The translations under genes and the position numbers were made by a program. A DNA stretch of 64,000 bases. Source: an uncultured Acidobacteriota bacterium. Its GTDB lineage: Bacteria; Acidobacteriota; JAQAZP01. Where the stretch lies: the NCBI GenBank assembly GCA_963836075.1, contig CAWIIB010000001.1:1920001-1984000 (forward strand), written 5' to 3'. The notes beneath the pieces were generated by a model that saw only the letters and a list, made by a program, of their open reading frames with translations, was not told the DNA's origin and did no database searches. Shown here one piece after another: positions 1-9,353 of this stretch; the stretch's first letter is position 1, and each line of letters opens with the position of its first letter.

Positions 1-614
1 GCGACCGAAAACGGCAGGGCACCGGCGCTTGAAATTACCGCGGGCTCAAATGTGCCGTTCCCATTGCCTAGGAGTACGGAGACGCTGTTGATATAAAAAT
101 TCGCCACGGCCAGATCCGGGGCGCCGTCGCCATCCAGGTCGCCGATAGCGACCGAACTGGGAGTGTTAATGGCATCATAATTCACAGCAGCCTCAAAAGT
201 TCCGTCCCCGTTGCCCAGGAGTACAGATACATTATCAGAATTACCATTTGCCGTAACCAGGTCCGGGGTACCGTCGCCATCCAGGTCATCGATGGCGACC
301 GAATAGGGACTATCGCCGGCAATGTAATTCACCGCGGTCTCAAATGAGCCGTCCCCATTGCCCATGAGCACAGAGACATCGTCAGAATAATTATTCGCTG
401 TAACCAGGTCCGGGGTGCCGTCTCCATCCAGGTCGTCAATGGCCAATAAAAATGGGTAGTCACCGGTACTGTATGTTGCTGCGGTCTCAAAGATGACGTC
501 CCTCTTGCCCATAAGTGTCAATTCATCGGCTCTCCCAATGTCCGGTAGCACCACCCAGAAGACGATCAGAAACACCAGGCAGGCATAGCTCAGATTGCGT
601 GAGTGCGCTCTCAT
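1..614 (-). CDS. Secreted FG-GAP/VCBS-repeat protein (5' part; runs off the window edge)
   Basis: Manual translation from ATG at 614 (GAGGAG RBS upstream): MRAHSRNLSYACLVFLIVFWVVLP... then repeats such as DDLDGDGTPDLVTANNYSDDVSVLMGNGDGSF. Not in the ORF track because there is no stop in the window. Confidence 0.9.
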   Translation of the reverse strand, partial: MRAHSRNLSYACLVFLIVFWVVLPDIGRADELTLMGKRDVIFETAATYSTGDYPFLLAIDDLDGDGTPDLVTANNYSDDVSVLMGNGDGSFETAVNYIAGDSPYSVAIDDLDGDGTPDLVTANGNSDNVSVLLGNGDGTFEAAVNYDAINTPSSVAIGDLDGDGAPDLAVANFYINSVSVLLGNGNGTFEPAVISSAGALPFSV

Positions 615-670
615 CTCGATACTCCTCGATATCCAACGATTATCACGATTGCCAGGTGTTTTCGGGCTTT

Positions 671-2668
671 TCACGGTGCAACCCCCGTCACCGTGCAGGT
701 AGCCGTATCTGTGTTCCCCGCAGGCGGATAGGGCGGCTGGTTCCATGGGGCTGGTGTCACATCCTCGGCAACCACAGTGAAGACGTTATCCCCAACCAGG
801 GGACCTAAATTCGGGATGTTCTGGTTCCACGAAGTCGCAAAGCTTTCATCACTCGCAATGCTGGTGAATCCGCCTCGCCAGTTAAATATGAAAGTGCTGT
901 TAGCAAAGGTGACTTCGATACGTCCTGCAATCCTGCGGGCTTGACCTGTGAATTCATTGGTCAATGATATGGTCATCAAGGACGTAAATGGCAAGACGCC
1001 CGAGCCGGGCACACAGCTCAGGTCTGCCGACACAGTACCAGGCTCCCCAGGTAGTCCATAGTGGTAGCCCAAGTCCACCTGGCCACTATCCGGCACTTCA
1101 TCTGTGCGGGTCCAGGACGAATTCATCCCCAGAACGATTGCCCAGGTACTTCCGGCGTTAACGCAGGGGCTGTCCGCGACCTGACCTGCCTCAACCTGGC
1201 TTAGGTAGTAGTCACCCTCGGACCCGGTAGTGAATAGCGGATCGGCGTCGATGTTCCCCTCGCCTTCGTACCCGTCCTGGATATCGCTGTAGGTGACGAG
1301 CGGGACGCCCGTCCCGGTGATATACATGCCGTCGCCCACGGGAGCGGTGTTGCCGTAAACGATGACATTCGTGAGGACGGGCGCGGAGTCTTCGATATAG
1401 AGCCCGCCGCCCTCCCCCACACCATTCACGAAGTTGTCCGCAATGGTGATGTTGGTAAGCAGCACCGAGGAGGAATGGAATTTGATCCCTCCCCCCACGG
1501 GCTGCTGATCATCAAAATTTTCACGAGCCTCGTTCTGGGCGATCAGACAGTTCGTCACGGTGGCCGAGGCTCCGAAAAAGCTGATCCCGCCGCCACCATC
1601 AAAACCCTCATACCAGCCACTAGTAGCTCTGTTGCTCACGATGGAGCAGTCGGTGATCAGCAGGCTCGAGCCGCCCAGGCAACCAATCCCTCCGCCGTTG
1701 ACCGAACGGTTGTCAGAAAACGTAGACTCTTTGATCACGGCGTTCGAGGTGCCAACGACGAAGACCCCCCCCCCGTCACCCCAATTCTCGGTCCATCCAG
1801 ACCCAATGGCCACGTTTGATTGGAAGCTACAGTCCGAAATGACAGGCGAGCCACCGCTGCAGGCAATGCCACCACCATAGTCAGCCCGGTTCGACGAAAA
1901 AGAGCAGCTGGAGATCGTGGGTGACGAGGAGATGCAGCGAATGCCGCCGCCCGAACAATTTGACTCGCTTTCACCGGCCTCGTTGTTGGAGAAGGCACAA
2001 CTCGTGACCACGAGATCCGAGTCGATGGCGTAAATACCGCCACCACCGGAGACCGAAGCGCCACCCCAACCGCCTCCATGATTTTGCATGAATGAGCAGT
2101 CCGTGACCGTAAGATCGGAGTCGATAGCGCGAATCCCGCCGCCTTCACCATCTTCATAATAGCCATCCGCATACAACGCGAAATTTTCACAAAATTCGCA
2201 GGAATCAAAGGTCGACGAAGATCCTGTAGCGTGTAGACCCCCGCCGAATCCGGCGATGTTCGCGGTGATGAGACAGTCGCGGATGGTTGGCGACGTCTGA
2301 TCACAATAGATACCGCCGCCATATTCGTACTCACCGACAACGGTCCCGGTGCCATTCTGGATCGTGAATCCCTCGAGCACCGAGGCGCTCCCCTCGCCGC
2401 TGGCAAATGTGACGACCGATCCGTTCTGGTTGCCATCGATGATGGTCAGGTCCGCGCTGCTCTCACTCCGAACGGTGATTGCCTTGCCGAGGAAGTCGAT
2501 GGTCTCCACGTACGTCCCGGCCGCGACGAGCACGGTGTCGCCATCCACCGCGGCATCGATCCCAGCCTGGATAGTGGGCTGTTCGCTCGGGACATGGATA
2601 ACGGCACCCGTCGCCACAATGGGCAGACAAAAGAAAATAATGGCCAGACTCGTCATTGCTTTGAGCAT
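671..2668 (-). CDS. Secreted right-handed beta-helix (pectin-lyase-like, Pmp-type GGGI repeats) protein with shared 114-aa C-terminal domain
   Basis: Signal peptide, IHVPSEQPTIQAGIDAA start, many GGGI/F-x-x-N repeats, C-terminal ...EDVTPAPWNQPPYPPAGNTDTATCTVTGVAP. Confidence 0.9.
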   Translation of the reverse strand: MLKAMTSLAIIFFCLPIVATGAVIHVPSEQPTIQAGIDAAVDGDTVLVAAGTYVETIDFLGKAITVRSESSADLTIIDGNQNGSVVTFASGEGSASVLEGFTIQNGTGTVVGEYEYGGGIYCDQTSPTIRDCLITANIAGFGGGLHATGSSSTFDSCEFCENFALYADGYYEDGEGGGIRAIDSDLTVTDCSFMQNHGGGWGGASVSGGGGIYAIDSDLVVTSCAFSNNEAGESESNCSGGGIRCISSSPTISSCSFSSNRADYGGGIACSGGSPVISDCSFQSNVAIGSGWTENWGDGGGVFVVGTSNAVIKESTFSDNRSVNGGGIGCLGGSSLLITDCSIVSNRATSGWYEGFDGGGGISFFGASATVTNCLIAQNEARENFDDQQPVGGGIKFHSSSVLLTNITIADNFVNGVGEGGGLYIEDSAPVLTNVIVYGNTAPVGDGMYITGTGVPLVTYSDIQDGYEGEGNIDADPLFTTGSEGDYYLSQVEAGQVADSPCVNAGSTWAIVLGMNSSWTRTDEVPDSGQVDLGYHYGLPGEPGTVSADLSCVPGSGVLPFTSLMTISLTNEFTGQARRIAGRIEVTFANSTFIFNWRGGFTSIASDESFATSWNQNIPNLGPLVGDNVFTVVAEDVTPAPWNQPPYPPAGNTDTATCTVTGVAP

Positions 2669-2747
2669 GGGAACGACCTCATTTCTTTGAATACACAGAG
2701 AGATTGGACGACGGGTTCAGGGGTGACCCAAACACACAACTACCATG

Positions 2748-2825
2748 AATATAATTTACTTCAAGAAAAAGGGCAAACGCGCCATCTCGAGCATGCAGCC
2801 GGCGCCCCCATCCTGCTGAAGATTT
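2748..2825 (-). promoter_or_regulatory. Sigma-70-like promoter TTGCCC-N17-TATATT plus conserved upstream box
   Basis: -35/-10 at 2776-2748; box cctgctgaagattt (plus strand) at 2812-2825; same layout upstream of neighbouring genes. Confidence 0.7.
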
Positions 2826-2853
2826 GTCCGCCCGGGCGTGACGACAGCAACGG

Positions 2854-4488
2854 TCACGGCGCGATCCCCGTAACCGTGCAGTCAGACGAGTCGGTGTCCC
2901 CCGATGGTGGATAGGGCGGTTGGTTGTAAGGCGGTGGCGTCACGTCCTCCGCTATGAGAGTGAAGGTATTGGTGCCGATCACAGTTGGATGGGCCGGAAT
3001 CGTCTGGATGATACTGGTGGTGAACGATGCTCCCGAAGCGAGGTTTAACCAGCCGGTTTTCCAGTTGGGAATGGACGTGCCGCCGGCGGTCAGGACATCT
3101 ATCTTGGCTCCCACCTTGCGGGTGAATCCGTAGTAGGTGTTGGTCAGCCGCAGGCCGATTTGGGCGATAAAGGGAACCGTGCCCGAGGCAGGCAGGCAGA
3201 GCAACTGGGCTGATACAGACTTCCAGGGGTAGTGATACCCCATGTCCGCCACACCGATGTCTTGAACATGGTCGGTGCGGGTGGTGCCGTCGATGGGTTC
3301 GTATTCCGGGGCGCCGGAGTCGACACAGGGGCTGTCCTCGGCTTGGCCGGCCGCGATCTGGCTCAGGTAGTTTTCGCCCCAAGGGCCGACCGCGAACAGT
3401 GGATCGGCGTCGATCATTCCCTCACCCCAGTGAAGATTGGCACCCTCATCCACGAATACCGCCGCCTCTCCTCCCTGGACGTCGGAGAAGGAAATATGGA
3501 CGATGGGGTGGCTGGACCGAACAGAGATCTCCGGGCCCGTGGAGGCTTCGTCGCCCCAGAGAATGGTGTTCGAACAGTAGAGGAGGTATTCCCCGTAGCA
3601 GTAAAGCCCTCCGCCCTCTCCGGCTGTATTGCCGGTGATGGTTGAGCTGTACACGGTACCGCTGCATGCTCCCACGGAAGATGATATGAGCGCCAAACCA
3701 CCGCCGGTGCCGGCATTGTTACCACTGACCAGGCAGTTCGAGATGTAGCAGTAATCCCCGTCCGCGTGGACACCTCCTCCTCTGTACTCTGCGACGTTGT
3801 CGCTTATTACGCACTTACTGATGGAGAAGGATCCCCATCGGGACCAGATCCCCCCGCCGTAGTTGGCCGAATTGGCGGTGATCGTGGTCTCTGTAATGGT
3901 ACCAAGGAATTGATAGAGCCGGATTCCGTGATCGTCGTTGCCGCTGACCAGACAACCGGTGATCTCGTCGTCGCCCCCATCGCACCGGATTCCGGTACCC
4001 GAGTTGTCCTGGATGACTGAATCTCGAAGGAGGAAAGAACTCCCGGACCCAAGGACACCGATTCCGGTGTTCTCACGAACCATTACTTGATCGATGAGCG
4101 GGGCCGAGCCTTCGCAGCAGATGGCCCCACCGGACTGGTCGCTCCACCCGTTCCTGATGGTGAACCCGCAAACAACGGCTCCCCGTGACTCACCGGTCCG
4201 AAAGTTGAATCCGAAGTGGGGCTCGCCTGAACTCCCTTGGCAGTCAATGACGCAGACGTCGGGGCCATTCTCGGAACGGAGGGTGATGCTCTTACCATGG
4301 TAGTCGATATCCCGGTTGCCGTCGCCGATGTAGGTCCCGTCCGCCACCAGCACGGTGTCACCGTCCACAGCGGCGTCGATGCCGGCCTGAATGGTGGGCT
4401 GGTCGCCGGGGACGTGGATGGTCTCAGCCGCGACCGCCAAGGGGAGAAAGAGGAATAGGACGGTCATTGCCGCGATATGCCTTAGCAT
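2854..4488 (-). CDS. Secreted beta-helix protein with shared C-terminal domain
   Basis: Start moved to ATG 4488 (MLRHIAAMTVLFLFLPLAVAA signal peptide); IHVPGDQPTIQAGIDAA; GGG repeats; ends ...YNQPPYPPSGDTDSSDCTVTGIAP. Confidence 0.9.
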   Translation of the reverse strand: MLRHIAAMTVLFLFLPLAVAAETIHVPGDQPTIQAGIDAAVDGDTVLVADGTYIGDGNRDIDYHGKSITLRSENGPDVCVIDCQGSSGEPHFGFNFRTGESRGAVVCGFTIRNGWSDQSGGAICCEGSAPLIDQVMVRENTGIGVLGSGSSFLLRDSVIQDNSGTGIRCDGGDDEITGCLVSGNDDHGIRLYQFLGTITETTITANSANYGGGIWSRWGSFSISKCVISDNVAEYRGGGVHADGDYCYISNCLVSGNNAGTGGGLALISSSVGACSGTVYSSTITGNTAGEGGGLYCYGEYLLYCSNTILWGDEASTGPEISVRSSHPIVHISFSDVQGGEAAVFVDEGANLHWGEGMIDADPLFAVGPWGENYLSQIAAGQAEDSPCVDSGAPEYEPIDGTTRTDHVQDIGVADMGYHYPWKSVSAQLLCLPASGTVPFIAQIGLRLTNTYYGFTRKVGAKIDVLTAGGTSIPNWKTGWLNLASGASFTTSIIQTIPAHPTVIGTNTFTLIAEDVTPPPYNQPPYPPSGDTDSSDCTVTGIAP

Positions 4489-4563
4489 GACATTCACTTT
4501 ATTCGTTAATATCACGGACATAATGAGCTTTTGGGCGGTGTGCCCCAACACCCGTACGCATTG

Positions 4564-4642
4564 AATGTAATTTCCTTCTGCAAAACAAACAAGCGGAATT
4601 TCGAGGTAGTGGTGGCTGGCGGCCCCACCCTGCTGATGATGT
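4564..4642 (-). promoter_or_regulatory. Sigma-70-like promoter TTGTTT-N17-TACATT plus conserved upstream box
   Basis: -35/-10 at 4592-4564; box cctgctgatgatgt at 4629-4642. Confidence 0.6.
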
Positions 4643-4689
4643 GGCCCCCGGCATCAAGGACCTCAGGCCTTGGAAATCCATTTGCCGGC

Positions 4690-7242
4690 TTACGGTGCAA
4701 TACCCTCCACCGTGCAGGAGTCGGTATCGGTGTCCCCGGATGGCGGATAGGGTGGCTGGTTGTAAGGCGCAGGCGTCACATCCTCGGTCACCAACTCGAA
4801 CAGGTTATCACCGATCACCGAGCCCAGAGCCGGGATGGTCATGTTCCATGCGGCAATATAACTGCTCCCGGGGGACACGCTGGTGTTCCCGGCGCGCCAA
4901 TTTGGGTAGTGGCCGCTTCCGGCAAGCGTGACGTTGATGCGGCCCGCGATCCTCCGGGTCTGGCCGGTGTATTGGTTGGCCAGTGTCACCGTCATGGAGG
5001 TGCTGAAGGGTACTGTCCCGGCCGGCGGGATGCAGGTCAGCTCAGCTGCAATGGTGCCCCGACTGTTTATCAATACCGAAACATTGTTGTCCCAGCGATT
5101 GCACACCGCCAGGTCCGCTTTTCCATCGCCGTCCAGATCGTCGATGGCCACCGATCCCGGCTCCCCGCAGACACCAAAATGGCCGGCTTCCCGGAAGGTG
5201 CCATCCCCGTTGCCGGTCAGCACCGATACGGAATTTGAGGAGATATTGGTTGCCGCGAGGTCCGGAATGCCGTCGCCGTCCAGGTCATCGACAGCAACTG
5301 ACATGGGCCGTCTTCCAACCAGGTAATTAACGACCTCATTGAACGTGCCGTCGCCGTTGCCCAACAGCACCGAGATATCATGGCTGCTGTAATTCGCCGT
5401 GACGATATCCGGATTCGCGTCACCGTCCAGATCGTCGATGGCCAGGATGCGCGGGCTTTCACCAACCCCGATGCCGACAGCGGCCTGGAAGGTGCCGTCC
5501 CCATTGGCAATGAAAATCGAGACATCGTCGCTGGCTTCGTTCGCCGTGGCCAGGTCCTGGTGACCATCCCGGTCAAGATCGGCGATGGCCACCGAATACG
5601 GGTTAACACCCGCCGCGTAGTTTACGGCGGCCTGGAATGTCCCGTCCCCGTTACCCGGATAAACCGAGACCATACTACCGTACGTAATGGTAACGGCCAG
5701 ATCCTGGTGCTGGTCATCGTTCAGATAGCCAACGGCCACTGAACTCGGGTTTATATCAACTTCGAAAGTGATCGGAGCCTGAACGGTGCCGTCGCCATTG
5801 CCCAGGAGCACCGAAACGTCATCGGTCCAGTTATTCGCCGTCACCAGGTCCGGATGTCCATCCTCGTCCAGGTCTCCCGAAACGATGGTATAGGGCCATT
5901 CGCCAACAACGTAGTTCACCGGGGGTTGATACGTCCCGTCGCCCACACCTAAAAGAATCGAAACATCATCACTATACTGGTTGGCCACTGCCAGATCAGG
6001 ATGACCGTTTCCGTCAAGATCGCACGTGCATACCGAACGTGGAGTATTGCCGGCATCGTAGTTTGTAGAGGCTTTGAACGTAGCATCGCCATTGTCCAGC
6101 AAGATGGAGATAAAACCGTAGGTGCTGTTCCCCACTGCGATGTCCGGACGGCCATTGCCATCGAGGTCGCCCACGGCCAGCCCTCTTGGCGTATTTCCCA
6201 CCCAGTACTTCCCACCGGGCTGCAGTGACCCATCCCCGACGCCGAAGAAAATGGAAATCGTGTCATCGTAATCGTGTGCCGCCACCACGTCTCTGGTGCC
6301 GTCGAGATCAAGGTCGCCAAAAGCCAGGGTTGAAATGGAATGTTCGGCAATGATATCGATGGCCGGCTGGAACGTCCCGTCGCCGTTCCCCGGAAAAATG
6401 GTGATGGTATATCCATGCACCACCACCAGGTCCAGATGCCCGTCGTCGTTCATCCACCTCAGATATACTCGTTCGGGATCCCACAGAAACGTGCTCCATG
6501 CCTGGACAAGACTTCCGTTCCCCAATCCCTGGAGGACGAGGACTGAATTGCTCCCCTCCAGCGCCACGGCCACGTCGAGGTTGTTGTCTCCGGTCAGCTC
6601 GCCGATGGCCAGAGACCAGGGGGTGTTGGGTAGACCGAGCTCATGATGAATGGCCGCCTGGAAGGTGCCGTCCCCGTTGCCCAGAAAGGTGCAGACACAA
6701 CAGTGCGTGCTGTTCGCCGTGACCAAGTCGGGGTGACCGTCGTTGTTCAGGTCACCGATATCCACCCAGACGGTGTCGAAATGGGAGGCATACTGCACGC
6801 TGGGCAGGAAGGTGCCGTTCCCGACGCCCAGGAACACCGACACGTCGTCGGTGCCGCTGTTGGCCATGACCAGGTCGAGGTCACCGTCCCCGTCCAGGTC
6901 GTCCACGGCGATGTGGCGGGGGGAGGTGCCTCCGGTGTAGTAAGCCTCAGGCTGCAGCGTGCCGTTCCCGTTGCCCAGAAAAACCGCGGCAAAGCCCCAG
7001 CCATCCGCCCCGGCCACATCGTTGTGCCCGTCTCCGTCCAGGTCGGCGATGACCATCGAATGGCAGCGACAGTCCCGCCCGTAGTCGACCCTGACATCGA
7101 ACAGATGATTGCCCTCCGCCGGCGCAGCGAGAAAACAGAGGCTTGTCATTGTCAAACAGATCAAATGGCTTGCTCGGGTGGCCATGGCGGAACATCGATG
7201 ACCGTCAAACAACAGAGAATTCGTTGGCATGGTAACCACCAT
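4690..7242 (-). CDS. Secreted FG-GAP/VCBS-repeat beta-propeller protein with shared C-terminal domain
   Basis: About 13 repeats of D-L-D-G-D-G-x-x-D-L...VSVLLGNGDGTF; ends ...YNQPPYPPSGDTDTDSCTVEGIAP; exact start uncertain. Confidence 0.9.
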   Translation of the reverse strand: MVVTMPTNSLLFDGHRCSAMATRASHLICLTMTSLCFLAAPAEGNHLFDVRVDYGRDCRCHSMVIADLDGDGHNDVAGADGWGFAAVFLGNGNGTLQPEAYYTGGTSPRHIAVDDLDGDGDLDLVMANSGTDDVSVFLGVGNGTFLPSVQYASHFDTVWVDIGDLNNDGHPDLVTANSTHCCVCTFLGNGDGTFQAAIHHELGLPNTPWSLAIGELTGDNNLDVAVALEGSNSVLVLQGLGNGSLVQAWSTFLWDPERVYLRWMNDDGHLDLVVVHGYTITIFPGNGDGTFQPAIDIIAEHSISTLAFGDLDLDGTRDVVAAHDYDDTISIFFGVGDGSLQPGGKYWVGNTPRGLAVGDLDGNGRPDIAVGNSTYGFISILLDNGDATFKASTNYDAGNTPRSVCTCDLDGNGHPDLAVANQYSDDVSILLGVGDGTYQPPVNYVVGEWPYTIVSGDLDEDGHPDLVTANNWTDDVSVLLGNGDGTVQAPITFEVDINPSSVAVGYLNDDQHQDLAVTITYGSMVSVYPGNGDGTFQAAVNYAAGVNPYSVAIADLDRDGHQDLATANEASDDVSIFIANGDGTFQAAVGIGVGESPRILAIDDLDGDANPDIVTANYSSHDISVLLGNGDGTFNEVVNYLVGRRPMSVAVDDLDGDGIPDLAATNISSNSVSVLTGNGDGTFREAGHFGVCGEPGSVAIDDLDGDGKADLAVCNRWDNNVSVLINSRGTIAAELTCIPPAGTVPFSTSMTVTLANQYTGQTRRIAGRINVTLAGSGHYPNWRAGNTSVSPGSSYIAAWNMTIPALGSVIGDNLFELVTEDVTPAPYNQPPYPPSGDTDTDSCTVEGIAP

Positions 7243-7308
7243 TGATCGAATAATTTACATGAAGGACGGATGCTCCGGTCGGGATGCACCGAGCAGATGT
7301 ATGCCTTG

Positions 7309-7408
7309 AATATAGTTTCATTATGCAAAACGGGCAAGCGAGCCGCCTGTACACTTGTGGCCGGTGGTCACACCCTGCTAATGATTTAGTCAATTCAAGT
7401 TGTTGATA
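7309..7408 (-). promoter_or_regulatory. Sigma-70-like promoter TTGCCC-N17-TATATT, conserved box and IHF-like site
   Basis: -35/-10 at 7337-7309; box cctgctaatgattt 7374-7387; TATCAACAACTTG (WATCAANNNNTTR) on the minus strand at 7408-7396. Confidence 0.7.
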
Positions 7409-7493
7409 ACAAAAGATCGACTGTTTTTCTGGGATCGACTTCTCGATACGCTGCTAGGCCTGATCAATCAATGTCGCTGTATCACCCGACCGT

Positions 7494-9092
7494 TCACGGC
7501 GCGATTCCCGTCACAGTGCAGGTGGACGTGTCGGTGTCACCCGACGGCGGGTAAGGCGACTGGTTATAGGGCGCAGGCGTTACGTCCTCGGCCACCAGAG
7601 TAAAGGTGTTCTCGCCCACGATCTGGGGCAGCATGGGAATGATGCTGTTGAAGGCGATAACGATGAAGTCATCCGGTCCGATAGTAACGGTGCCTGCTTT
7701 CCAGTTCGGGATCTGCAGGCCGCCGGCGAGGGCTACGTCGATCTGGGCGGCAAAGGTGCGTTCGGACTCGATGTAGTTGTTGGACAGCAGAACGCCGAAC
7801 TGCACCGGGAAGGGCAAGGTGCCCGACGCTGGGCGGCAGGCAAGTTTTGAGCTGACCGATTTCCAGGGGTAGTGGAACCCCATGTCCACCACAAATGCAT
7901 CGTGGACGTGGTCGGTGCGGGTGGTGCCCCAGATCATCTCGCTGTCCGGGTCGCCGCTGTCCAGGCAGGGGCTGTCCGCACCCTGCCCGGCGGCTATCTG
8001 GGAGAGGTAGTAATCGCCCAGGGGCCCGCCGGTCAACAGCGAATCGTCATCGATCATGCCCGGCCCCCAGTCAAGCTCGCACCCCGGCTCGAGCACCACA
8101 GTGTCCGGCCCGCCTTCCAGGTTGCTGTGATGGATCGACAGCGTCAGCGAGTAGCCAATGTAATGAATCATGTAGGCCTGTTCACCGGTCGTCGAACTGT
8201 TGTCCCGGATGATCGAGTTCACGATGAGCAGAGAGCCGTCGAAGCTGCATATGGCGCCGCCGTATTGTGGCGACTCGTTGCCAACGATGGTGTTGTTGAC
8301 CAGGGTGATCTCGCTGTCCACCACGAGAATGGCGCCGCCGCCGAACCCGCCGGTGGAGGTCACGGCGTTGCCCGTGATCAGGTTGTTGACCACCAACGGA
8401 TCACTGTAGTATCCGCTGCCGATAGCGCCGCCTCCTAACTCGGCCTGATTGTCGACGATCAGGTTGTGGCTGATGACGGGAGACCAGGAATCGGTACAGT
8501 GGATGGCCCCGTTGAAATCGGCCCAGTTTCCGCTGAACGTGTTGCGGGTGATCAGGGCATTGCTCTCGTAGATATAAATGGCGCCGCCCTGGTCCCCCCC
8601 GTCGTTCCCGGTGAACAGATTGCTTGTGATCAGGGGGTCCGCGCCGTAATCCTCGCAGGAGATGGCCCCGCCGCCGTTTTCGGCGACGCACCCGCTGAAG
8701 ACGTTGTCCCTGATGGTGGGGGATGCCGAGAGGCAGAGGATGGCCCCGCCGCGGTACCCATTGCCGTTGATGATGGTGAACCCCTGGAGCACCGATCCGT
8801 TGTCCTCGCCGGTCTGGAAGATGAAGGCCCGGTCCCCTTTCAGGCAATCGATCAGGCAGGAGGAAGCCCCCTCCGCCGAGGCCACGGTGATCGACTTGCC
8901 CAGGAAGTCGATGTTGCAGTTGCCGGGGCCCGTGTAAGTGCCGTCCGCCACCAGTACAGTGTCACCGTGCACCGCAGCATCGATGCCCGCCTGGATGGTG
9001 GGCTGGTCGCTCGGGACATGGATGACTGAGCCAATGGCCACAACTGGCAGACAAACGAATATGATGGCCAGACTCGTCACTGTTTTGAGCAT
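7494..9092 (-). CDS. Secreted beta-helix protein with shared C-terminal domain
   Basis: Signal peptide very similar to that of 671..2668; GGAI repeats; ends ...YNQSPYPPSGDTDTSTCTVTGIAP. Confidence 0.9.
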   Translation of the reverse strand: MLKTVTSLAIIFVCLPVVAIGSVIHVPSDQPTIQAGIDAAVHGDTVLVADGTYTGPGNCNIDFLGKSITVASAEGASSCLIDCLKGDRAFIFQTGEDNGSVLQGFTIINGNGYRGGAILCLSASPTIRDNVFSGCVAENGGGAISCEDYGADPLITSNLFTGNDGGDQGGAIYIYESNALITRNTFSGNWADFNGAIHCTDSWSPVISHNLIVDNQAELGGGAIGSGYYSDPLVVNNLITGNAVTSTGGFGGGAILVVDSEITLVNNTIVGNESPQYGGAICSFDGSLLIVNSIIRDNSSTTGEQAYMIHYIGYSLTLSIHHSNLEGGPDTVVLEPGCELDWGPGMIDDDSLLTGGPLGDYYLSQIAAGQGADSPCLDSGDPDSEMIWGTTRTDHVHDAFVVDMGFHYPWKSVSSKLACRPASGTLPFPVQFGVLLSNNYIESERTFAAQIDVALAGGLQIPNWKAGTVTIGPDDFIVIAFNSIIPMLPQIVGENTFTLVAEDVTPAPYNQSPYPPSGDTDTSTCTVTGIAP

Positions 9093-9170
9093 GGTAGCTG
9101 CCTCTTTTGGTTGAATATATAGTGAGATTGGATACCGGAATTAGAGTGAATCCAATACATTTATGAAATG

Positions 9171-9269
9171 AATATAATTTCTTTCAATAAAATGGGCAAG
9201 TGGGTCGTCGAGGACATGCAGCCGGTGACCATGACCTGCTAACGATGTATACAATTTAACCTGTTGAAT
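9171..9269 (-). promoter_or_regulatory. Sigma-70-like promoter TTGCCC-N17-TATATT, conserved box and weaker IHF-like site
   Basis: -35/-10 at 9199-9171; box cctgctaacgatgt 9235-9248; ATTCAACAGGTTA at 9269-9257. Confidence 0.7.
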
Positions 9270-9353
9270 ACAAAGGACGGACGTTTATAACTAGTCGGCT
9301 TTTTGGCTACCGTGCCTCAACGAATTGATAAATTCGCCGAATTACATCGCTAC

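Noticed and set aside
671-1015. CTD as a T9SS CTD, autotransporter barrel or PEP-CTERM
   Set aside because: It lacks the YPNP/G-x-Y/K-x-x-K pattern, is too short for a barrel and ends in Pro, and has no TM helix or basic tail. This is by eye; an HMM search is still needed.
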